A DNA stretch of 64,000 nt from Eledone cirrhosa (taxonomy: Eukaryota), in NCBI GenBank assembly GCA_964016885.1, contig OZ024741.1, positions 164,548,001 through 164,612,000 on the forward strand. Reading direction: 5' to 3'. The notes beneath the pieces were generated by a model. The model saw only the letters and a list, made by a program, of their open reading frames with translations. It ran no database searches and was not told the origin of the DNA. The translations under genes were made by a program, and so were the position numbers. Positions 52,988 through 64,000 of this stretch are shown here, piece after piece. Numbering within the stretch: position 1 is the stretch's first letter; the number at the start of each line of letters is the position of its first letter.

Positions 52988-54578
52988 CACACACATATAT
53001 ATATATACACATACACACACACAGGTATACATAGGTATGTATATATGTGTGTATGTACATACATATGTAGGCATGCACGTATGTATATATGTGTATATGT
53101 ATGTACGTACATACATTTATAAGCATGAATGTATGTATGTTTGTATGTATGTATGTAAAGAAGCACTTGCTGCAACTTTGAAGTCACTGCCACTTTTTTC
53201 TTCACAAATATATCTTATACTCAGTTCACATGTATTGAGTGCACATTCAGTAAATATTTGGACATTTCACTTACACTCATATATAGTAAGATCATTATTC
53301 AACTTAGTACTCCATACTTTTAAGAAAGTACAGTATAGATATTATTTAAAAACATAAGCTCTGTAGTCAAGCTTGAATAGTTTTAATGGGAGAGTGAGAA
53401 TATATACTTATTAAAAAATGCCACACGACTCAGTAGACTACCGATACGTCATAATATAAAAGTCCTATTCACTAGTACAAGAACTATGACAAAGTAAATG
53501 TAATGAGAGATCAGAGGCTACATCATTTGGCAATTGAAGGGTCACAAGACAGGGTCTAAAAGGACTCTTTAGTCTGGATGATCAAGTGATAACCTCTCTA
53601 GTGCTGCGGTTATGAAAAATTGCACCCTGTACAATCTGAAGGTGGCTGGTGGTAGGAAGGGCATTTAACATAGAAACCAAGGAAAATATGGATGATATGA
53701 GGAAGAGGTATCTTCTTGTTTCAGATCATGACGATCTGTCCAGCCCATGCCAGCAAGCTAGACAGACATAAAATGTTGATGACATGTATGTGTTTATGCA
53801 AGTGAGTGTGTGTGTAATATAAACATACACACACATATATATGCATGTACATGTATATCACCTTGGTATATTTGTAGTTGATGATACATGTCAGAGCTTG
53901 CCAATATTTTCATATCATGATGATTAAATGTCTAAAAATCACTGATTTGGGCTGGCAGCTTTAGCTGTTCGCAATCAATATCCTTGTCCTCTAGCCTAAC
54001 AAAAGCTCTCTCTATGTTTGACCTGGATGACCCACTGTGGTTATGCCATGTCCACACTAGTACATGCAGGAAATCCAGGCAGTAACTGTCAGACAATTGG
54101 ACACATCTGAACAAATTTGTGAGGTTGTTGCAGCCCCTTCTCCTATGGACTATTTCCACAGAATCACATTGTGCATCTGATATACAGTATATTTATCCAG
54201 CTAATACTAAAGAATGAGACACTTCCAGGAAAGCTTCAAAATACCTGAAGACATCTGGCCATCCTACACCAGTTGTGACATAAACAACCACCAGGGCTTA
54301 TCTTCGCTACTACACATATCCAGCACTGCAAATTTACCTTCTAGGTCCAAAAAGATTGTCCTTATTTTAAAACCCAAACCTTATTGATATAACACTGCTA
54401 TCCCAATTCCTGCTTTCGACAGACCACCAGATGCAAAAATTGGTGCAAGAGCACATGTCCCAGAAATATATCAAATAAAACATACAATGTAAATAATGAT
54501 TCACAGATCGTTAAACTAAACCACAACAAATACAACACATGGAAACACATAAAACACAACACCGTAATAGTGATTTAC

Positions 54579-54669
54579 TGATGTTTAAATTCAGCATCAG
54601 CCACATCGATTTCATCAATCAATGAGACTAGTATGTTTGTAAGTAGTCGTGGACTTTGATCTTCCTCCT
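54579..54669 (-). CDS. Candidate 91-nt coding exon, possibly upstream or alternative CASK exon
   Basis: tttattctattaattag acceptor, open frame EEDQSPRLLTNILVSLIDEIDVADAEFKH, gtaaat donor. Non-repetitive, only faint resemblance to an L27 helix. Confidence 0.3.
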
Positions 54670-56260
54670 CTAATTAATAGAATAAATGTTTTCTCAAGTT
54701 CCCTGGATTGACTTGAGATAGGAGGCACTGAAATAGCTTCATACTTCAGTTTATGTCAGCAATAGATATCAAGACTATTGATGTCTTAACAATTAAACAG
54801 CTGGCTCATCTACTGGACAATCCAAAGTTTACATTCTTGGGATCAGAGTTTATATGTATCACAAATATTTTGAGACATCATAGATCCAGAATATATATAT
54901 TTTTACTAGGCTCATTCCATCTGTCTGATGGGAACAAGAAACAGATGTATATTGTTTATGTGCATGAATGGTAAAGTGTGGATGAGTTCAGAAAAGAACT
55001 GAATATAAGAGGAATTAGATGTAGTGTGCAAAAATAGAAAACTGCACTGGAATGGCCATGTTGCATATGGATGATGATCATTGGGTGAAGTGCCAGTGGA
55101 AGGTAGCTACAGCAGAGGAAGACAAAGCCTTGGTAGAAGCAGTGAAAGTGGACCTCAAAATATGGAACCTCACAAAGGTGATGACATAGGACACAACAGG
55201 TGGAGGGAAGCTATGCTGGAAAAGAGCCATTCAACCCATGGAAGCATGGAACAGCAGATGTAAAAAAGACTGATATCCTAGCCAAGATAAAGAGACTCCA
55301 CTTTTACTAAATAGTTTCCAATGTCCAGATCTAAGGACTAACAATTATATAACTCCCTTGATGTTACTAGAGATATTTACAATTGCTTATTTCACAAACA
55401 CTTTCTCTTTCTCTTGAATTCTCAAGAGATTTTGAAAATATTAATAAGTTAAATGCCATATCTTTTAGAAGACAGAATATACAATAAATGAAAGACAAAA
55501 TTTCTATTGTGTTAAATGTTTAAATGAGTGTATTAATATACAATAGCTGAAGATAATAACTTCATCAAAGATTTCATTTTTCAGGTTATGGTTTAAAATT
55601 TAATGTTAATTAGAAAACTTCCCATTTTTGGATTACCATAAAAATGCCTATTGCAGTGAAAATACAGAGAATACAACAAAAATATTAGAGGCAAACAGAC
55701 AGTCGGAGAGAGAGAGAGAGAGTGTGAGAGAGAGAGAGAGATGTGAGCGGGAGAAAGAAAGATGAGAGAGAGAAAAATAAGAGAAAGAAAAGTAGAAATA
55801 AAGAGCAGAAAGAAAAAGTAAAAAAAACTATTTTTAATAGAAAAAATAAAATGCCAATAAAAGATAAAGAAAAAAGAATCATGTGTATTTGAAAAGTTTG
55901 AGTTGAGATAATGAATTCAGTGAGTTATTGTTAAGAGTTCATTATCTTTAAAAGATAACGAACAAAAACCATTTCAGTTCTTTTGTCTTTGATCAATTGA
56001 ATTAAAACAACAACACCAACAACATGGGAGCCAGGAGTTAATACTGAACCATGTTATTTAGTTTATTAGAAAGAAGTTGTGCTTAATATGTTCATGGAGG
56101 AAAAGAAAATACAATCACTATTTTTTAACTACTACTACTACTACTACTACTGCTGCTGCTATTACTACTACTGCTGCTGCTACTACTATTACTGCAACTG
56201 CCTGCTGCTGCTGCTACTACTGCTGCTGCTGCTACTACTACTACTACTGCTGCTGCTCTG

Positions 56261-56291
<31 letters not shown>

Positions 56292-57014
56292 TGCTGCTGC
56301 TGTTACTACTACCACTGCTGCTGCTGCTACTATTACCACTGCTGCTGCTACTGATACTACTACTACTACTACTACTTTTATTATTATCATTATTATTTAC
56401 TTCTTTTTACTCAGTATTTGGTTGTTCCTCTACCAACATTTGGATGTCTAAATAACGAGCTGTCTCCAACAGCCAGAGGTATATTTAACATCTGTCGTCA
56501 AGCAAACAAGTTTTCTGTAGAGTCAAGAAATTCACCTCTATCCAACATCTTTAACCAACAATACAAACTTCTAGCCACTAGGAAATGGATGATAGCAACT
56601 ATGAAATAGGCCCCTATCAAGGCTTACAGACACACCACTACCACCACTTCAAAATGCTAGGTTACTTTTTGGCCTGTGTTGAGAACAAAATTGAGTGCAA
56701 GGTTAGAAAACCTTACTTATATTAATCAAAATTTCTACAGAAACAATGTGCAAAATCTTGGCATGGGAGGTGGCCAATAGAAAACGCATGCAACCATGCA
56801 AAATGAAGATCTCTCATCATCCAATTCTCTATGGGGAACAAAAGGAACCAAAGAAGTAGTAGTTGTAAATAGAGTCAATAACAGTGAATATAATGGTTGG
56901 CTATGGATAAAGTGTGCTAATATACCTGCTGGTTCTAAGTTCAATCCCTAGATTAATGTATTTAGTACTCTAGCTGAAGCAGAAAAAGCAAGTAACATTA
57001 CAAGTAACTTCTGG

Positions 57015-57315
57015 TGTCCTTGGCCCTAAGACCACCTCCCTGCTCACCACCATCGGTACAGAGTTGGCTACCTTCAAGTGTGAGCCTCACGAGCTGGAAT
57101 GGCTCTTCCAGTGTGACTCCCTCACCATCCTCAGGAGAAACACCTTATCTATTCTGTCTGCTGGAGCTGCAGGGCAGTCTTTGCATGAGCCCCTGTTTGC
57201 TCACAATACTGAGAGATGGGGAGAGTGGGAGAGATGGAGGCAGTGACAGTGGGAGTTTGGTTCTTTTGTGTTTGGACCTGATGTATATGTATATAAGAGA
57301 GAATGAGACTTATTA
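57015..57315 (+). mobile_element. CRE-like 3'-end repeat family
   Basis: CEPHELEWLFQCDSLTILRRNTLSILSAG plus a shared 3' UTR. Other copies at about 27655-27885 (+), 57785-57975 (-) and 62640-62885 (+). Confidence 0.65.
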
Positions 57316-58891
57316 ATTTAGACATCACCACGGGCTCCAGGAATATGGCTATCACTTTTGAGTAACTAATTAACTATTATGAAGATATCTTTGGATCCCA
57401 GGCATGGACAATGGAATAAAAGAAATCCACTCCTGTTGTTTGAATAAAGAGTTTGGTTCAATATAAGAGAACGTTACTAAAAACAAAATGTCTTTAAAGA
57501 AAGTCAAAAGGTAAACAGCCAAAATGTGAGTATAATAGCCAAGGTGAGGACACTAGTATGAATAAATCAGTATAGACACACATACATATGAACATTCACT
57601 CACATATATGATGAACTTCTGTACAGTTTCAATTTACCAAATTCCATCACACAATCTAAGTAAACCCGAGGTTATAGTAGGAGATACTTGAGTAATGAGC
57701 AGTGGAATTTAAACTGAAGCAATATACTTAACCATACAGTGATGTATTGTTCAGTTAATATTAGTGTGGGGTGCGTCTGCAAAACATATACATATACACT
57801 AGGTCTGAACATAAAAGAACCAAACTCCCACTGCCACCATCTCTTCCCATCTCTAACTATTATGAACAAATGGGGGGGGGGGGGGGGGCACGGACTGGCC
57901 AACCTGTAGCCCTGGCAGACAGAATAGAGAAAGCATTTCTTCAGAGAATGGTGAGAGAGACATACTGGAAGAAACATTCGAGGTGTCTGATATTGTTGAA
58001 AATTCAGTTCCATGTGTTTGTTATTTCTAATTTATTGTATATTAATCTCTCATTTTTAGAATTGCACAAATCTAAGAGGCAAGTACCGTGACCCAGTGTT
58101 TGATATATGAGTCTGAGAAGTATTTATAATGGTTATTTTAAACATTTTTTTTTAGTTTTTTAAGCCTGTCAACCATAATTTACTATGTAAGTACATGAGT
58201 ATTTGACACAAAATGTAAACTTACTGCACAAAAATAGATATTCATCTACACAAACAGAGGTAAACTACATGTTAAAATAATCACTGTTATTCCTCTCATT
58301 CTGGTGGTATATTGTTAAGAATTGCAACAATTCTACTATGGTACTTACAGAAATATTAATAAATCATCAAGGAGAGTTGAGATATTGGATATGTGGTGGA
58401 TTAACTTCAACTAATTAACTAATTACATTTCCATATATTCTCTTCAGAAAACCACCATTTTTTTTCCTGACCACTGGAGTATTGCTTCTATGAAATATGA
58501 ATCCAGAGAAGTTTACACACCATATATATGTATATATATTTACAGTGTTTCCCAAAAATGTATACACACTTCAACAGCATTCTAATTAAAATGTGTATAC
58601 ATTTTTTTTTGGGGGGGGGGGGCATCCTATATATATATATATACACCCATATATATATATATCATCATATACAAGTATGTGTGTGCATGCATGCATGTCA
58701 CTCACTCTCTAAGGTCACCTCCCTCACACTTCCTTCCCTTGACAAGCAGCCTGTATCTTGTCCCCTCCCTCTCAACTTCCCCACTCCCATCACTGCTTTC
58801 CCAGCCTGTTGATAAGTGGAAGTGCTGCTACCACAATGAAAAGCACACAGTACACCTTGTTGTGGTAGTGGCAATGCCATATGCCTTATAT

Positions 58892-59207
58892 TAGGGGCGT
58901 GCAACAGGCGGCCCATGGGCCACAATCCGGTCCACCAGACCAGTCAGAGTGGCCTGCGATGACCGTTTTTAATTTTTACCTTGTAGGCTTATTTAGAATT
59001 TTTTTCCTAACAGTAATACAATTTTCTGTTAGTTGACCTATACTAAAGGGCTTCACTGATAGGGTTTTGTGTGTTATAATTTCCCAGTTCCATATTATGG
59101 AAAGAAGTTGTGAATCTTTAGAATAGTGCTTAATAATTATTAATGGCCCTAATAGTTGCTCCAATGTTCAAAAGTGGTCCGCCAATGGAATATGTTGCAC
59201 ACCCCTG
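58892..59207. mobile_element. hAT MITE with 8-bp target duplication
   Basis: TIRs taggggcgtgcaac/gttgcacacccctg, TSD ccttatat at 58884-58891 and 59208-59215. Inserted in a decayed SINE. Confidence 0.9.
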
Positions 59208-60699
59208 CCTTATATGCTATGAAATGGCTGGCATTAGGAAGGGTATCCATTGGTACAAATCATGGCAAAACGGAACAAGACAGTTATCTAATCTGTTTAG
59301 CTGCACAACGTGACAACCCATGCAAGCATGTATATGAAATATTGGCCATAATGTAAGAGAATATGTGTACACGGACATATACTGCATACACATACATTTA
59401 CACAACACACACCCATACTACACACATACACACATTACTTAGATACTTTCCATACACATACACTACACACACATGTACACATACACCAACATGCATATAT
59501 TTGCAATGTTATTCAATCCATGTTTGATTTTCCAGCATCCAATGTCTTCAGGGTGTATATATTTCAATATAGCATGACATTTGTGTATGTGTCACAGAAA
59601 TTTGTGCTGACCACTCTTTCCCACCTCTCCTTTATCACTACCTGACCACATCTTGTTGGTCAGCTTACTGTCAAAAGAGTCCACACCCATCTCTTCCCAC
59701 ACCTCTACTTCCTCTTAATTGATAGTTTCTATTTAAAATGGGAGAGGAGGGGAGGAAGTGGAGGATATCACTGATTTATTTCTCTTTCTCTTCTTACCCA
59801 CTGTTGCCATGACAACAGATGTCTCTTTATTTTAAGTGCCAAGTGTCTTGTTTTAATTATGGTTTTGGAGAATTTTTTTGTTTTTTTTTGTTTAAGGCAA
59901 AAATAAAAAAAAGAACAGAGACAATTTGGTGAGTTTGCAAAAAATATGTATTGACAGATAACTTACATTACATATATATATATATATACAATAAAGAGAG
60001 ACAAAGACAGATATATACATATATGCGTTCAAATCACAAGGGACATAAACAGCCAAGGTGAAGAAAATACTGACTAAAGATAATATGGTTCACAAGACTC
60101 AAAAGATTTACAAACTGATTTCAACGCATATATGTATATATCTGTGTTTCTCTCTCTTTATTATATTATAAGGTTCGGAAACATTTTTTCCTTGAGCTTC
60201 TTTGATTTTAAGGGACTACTGTGAGTTTTTAACTCAAAATATACTTTTGATATATATATATATATATATAATTGTTTCTACTTTTGGCACAAGGCCAGCA
60301 ATTATCCCAGTATATTACTGGTACTTTATTTTATCAACCCCGTAAGGATGAAAGGCAAAGTTAACCTTGGCGGGATTTGAACTCAGATCATAAAGGGAGG
60401 TAACTCTATGCTTCAAAGCATGCTGCTCAACCCTCTACCGATACTGCCAATATAATGTAAGTTAATATGAAGCATTGTGAGATATGTAATAAAGTTTTAA
60501 AAAGCCAGTACAATGCTGTGGAAATATATAAAGGACAAAGGATGACAAATAAAACGAAACAAAGTAATGTTTTACCCAGGATATTTCAAGATGATATTTA
60601 AGGCCAAGACCATGTTTTCAAATGTAAAACAAAAACAGTTCAAAACAAAACAAATGATCCATCCTATCTTTAATTAACCTATTATGCTCTATGGGAACC

Positions 60700-61508
60700 C
60701 TTTTCTGTTGCTAATCAAATCAACTAGATAGCAACTAGAACACATTTATGGACACTTTCTGTGACTGGAAAAGTTTTATATAATTGATGCTCTTCCCCTC
60801 AATTACCCCTGCGCATCTTCTACATACAAAGTCTTCCCTTCCTTATAGTCTATCTGTTATTCCACTACAAGATTTATATTGTGTACGTCATATAGAGTTT
60901 CTGCCTCCTCCTTTTCTGCATATCAGGCAGGGCTATTTTTCTGATGGGATCAGGGTCCTGTCTTCTTTCCTGCTTATCAACACTTTAGTTTTTCTAAGTT
61001 TACTCTCAGCCCTTCTGATAGTAAATTTTGCTTCTGTAGTCAGAACTTATTCTCTAGTTCTTTTATGGATTCAGCTATAAGAACCAGATCATCCACATAG
61101 AGAAGTGTCCATGGACAGCCAATCTTAAACTCCTCTGTTATTGCCTGGAGAACTATGATGAACAGCAGTGGATAAGAACTGAACCTTATGAACGCCTGCC
61201 TGTACATTGCATTCCCCACTAAATTCACTTCCTACTCTCATTTTACTGACAGCTCTTCTGTACATGGCTTGCAGTACTCTCACAAGCCATTCTTCTACAC
61301 CTAATTTCCTTAAGGTCCACTTGATAACAGATCAAGGTACTCTGTCAAAGGCCTTTTCTAGATCAACAAAAACTAAATATAACCGCTTATTTTTGGCTAG
61401 GAACATCTCTTGTAGTTGTCTCACTAAGAAGAAGGCATCTGTTGTACTTTTCCCAGGCACAAAGTTAAACTGCATCTCATCTAATTTGACTCTTTCCTTA
61501 ATTAGATG

Positions 61509-61509
<1 letters not shown>
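60700..61509 (-). mobile_element. Decayed RTE-clade LINE reverse transcriptase fragment
   Basis: Minus-strand translation MQFNFVPGKSTTDAFFLVRQLQE...VFVDLEKAFDRVP...LLFIIVLQAITEEFKIGCPWTLLYVDDLVLIAES, with stops and frameshifts. Confidence 0.9.
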
Positions 61510-61597
<88 letters not shown>

Positions 61598-63618
61598 AGA
61601 CATCTAATTAAGGAAAGAGTCAAATTAGATGAGATGCAGTTGAGAGAGAGAGCTTTTGTGTGTGTGTGCATGTTAGCATTACTGGAATCCAAAGAAATCT
61701 TTTATTCAGCATAAAGCATCAGATGTAAATTTCTATTTTGCAAATGGCATATATAATTTGCATTGAAGTTTTTAGAGAGAAAACTGGGAGTAGGATTATG
61801 GATGTTAGGAATTATTAAGCATATATACTTTAAAGATATTTAACATTAAATGACAGTAATAATGAAATCATTCTGATAGTATTGCTTTAAAGAATTATCC
61901 CATTAATTGGCAGAGGAATCACTAGTAGAAATAGTTCAAATGAGAATTAGCTATCCATTGTTAGATCAGATTATTTGAAGAAATTAATAGTAGCATTAAC
62001 ACAATGTGGTTCATAATAGAGGCATATATGGAAGCATATACAATATGTTTATGTATAATATACACACATAAGCCTCGTTGTAGGTATTTTAAATAGAGAT
62101 TATGTCACAGTTACCTCATAGCTACCGAGGAAGCTCTGATGATTACAACTTGAAATAGCCACAGCAAGACTTATATATGTTTATTATACATAATGTATAT
62201 GCTTTCATATGTGCCTATATCTGAAGAAAGTGTAAGAAGTGTAATGCTGTTTTATAGAAACTTGGTTATTAATAAAGCTATAATAGTGCTACAGAACTCG
62301 AGTGAGTGGAATATAGAGAACGGAACTGAGGAATAAAGTCTGTGTTGTTGGCTGTTTAATATTGATTTCTGATATTAGAAGGCCATAAAGGCATATAAGA
62401 AGAGGAGATACGCAATCAATCTAATCAATTCCATTGTATTATTGGTGCTTATAATATAGACCCTGGAGAGATGCAAGACTAAATAAACTTGAACAGACTG
62501 TAAAAGTTTGGTACTCTACCATTGTTCCTATTTAGCCCGAGATATGCCAGCTATTTAACATGGAACCCTAACATTGCTCCTGCTATTTAACCTGGTACTC
62601 TACCATTCCTCCTACTTCAACAACCTACTATTCCTCCTAGCATTCCAGTGTTAGCTACCCGCAGGTGTGAGCCTCGCAAGCTGGAATGGCTCTTCCAGCG
62701 TGTCTCCCTCACCATCTTCTGGGGAAATGCCTTCTCTATTCTGTCTGCAGGGGCCACGGGGTGGCCATCATATGGGCCCACATTTGCTTATAATAGTGAG
62801 AGATGGGGAGAGCAGGAAAGATGTAGGCAAGTGACAGTTGGGGCTTGGTTCCATTGTGTTCGGAGCTGATGTATATGTATATATTTATTTACCACTTCAC
62901 CATTCCAACTGGCACCAACCACTAATAATGATGTGAGTAGGTATCAAGTTTGGTGATATAACTTGACGACTCCTACTAAGAGTAGAGCTAGTTTTACTTC
63001 TTTAAAAGAAGAAAACAAATATAATCAATTCAATTTACCGTTGTATATGACTGGTATTTGTTTGGTTTACTATCAACTACTTTGATAACTTTCAATGAGG
63101 CAGTAATAGTTTTATTAATGTAGACAGAATCTAACTAACAACTATCAGAAAACTACCAATAAGAGATATGAAGATACTTCAATGCTAAAAGAACACAATA
63201 TAATTGTCTTAGGCTTTCTTCTCCACACAAAGGCGAGACCAAGTTTTAAAGAATTTATCTCCTTATTAACACATCTGACTGAATAGTTATTGTTTAAATG
63301 TCTTACTTAGAGATATCATATGAATGATGAATTCATCATATAGAAATGGACACAGCATGATTCCTGTGTATTCCTGTGTATTCTGTGTTTATAAACATTT
63401 TAGTAGACTTGTTGATATACATACAATTGAATAAATTTCTGAATACAACTACTAATTTACTTAGTCAATTATTTGTTTCTCACTTCACTTACAGTTTCCT
63501 AGTTTTCAAGAACCTACTAAAGACAACAATGCTATGTTAATTCTATCAAATTCTATCAATGTGCAGTGACAAAATATTATATATGGTTCTGTCTGAAATT
63601 CTAGAAGTAATACAACAA

Positions 63619-64000
63619 TAATTGTTTCTACTTTTGGCACAAGGTCAGCAATTACCCCAGTGTATTACAGGTACTTTATTTTATCGACCCCGTAAGGATG
63701 AAAGGCAAAGCTAACCTCGGTGGGATTTGAACTCAGAACGTAAAGGGCAATAACTCCATGCTTCAAAGCATGGTGTCTGCTGCTCTACTGATACTGACAA
63801 TCCACCATCCTTTTATTCGCAATAATTGTTTCTACTTTTGACACAAGGCCAGCAATTACCCCAGTGCATTACTGGTACTTTATTTTATCGACCCCCGTAA
63901 GGATGAAAGGCAAAGTTAACCTCGGCGGGATTTGAACTCAGAATGGCAAGGGCCGTAACTCTATGCGTCAAAGCGTGGCGTCCGACCCTCTACCGATACT
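63619..64000 (-). mobile_element. Tandem SINE family 2 copies
   Basis: Two head-to-tail copies of the consensus. Confidence 0.8.

Noticed and set aside
53932-54159. ORF containing LDFLH, as in the first CASK L27 domain
   Set aside because: Surrounding residues do not align and no convincing splice sites bracket it.

Overview
AT-rich, repeat-dense animal genomic DNA. The SINE repertoire and microsatellite style suggest an octopod cephalopod (inference). Two short minus-strand exons (8259-8450 and 2466-2544) encode the L27-to-PDZ region of CASK/LIN-2, so most of the window is probably CASK intron. Almost all ORF-track entries are microsatellite, minisatellite, SINE or palindrome artefacts. The intron carries two tRNA-derived SINE families, RTE, CRE-like and R4-like LINE debris, Tc1/mariner, pogo, hAT and piggyBac MITEs, and three kb-scale minisatellites grown from one SINE motif. 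The most striking signal is a set of short elements inserted into (TA)n arrays that carry type I hammerhead ribozyme (HHR) motifs of the Penelope-like retroelement (PLE) kind. Five copies have an intact core (4204-4320, 39588-39665, 45006-45071, 46886-46956, 47033-47103) and several more are decayed. Helix II is unusually long. In many copies the 5' half of the ribozyme (CUGANGA) is replaced by a fold-back inverted copy whose axis lies in helix II, producing 110-340 bp palindromes that end in the TA array. All structures were read by eye; none were computed or tested.
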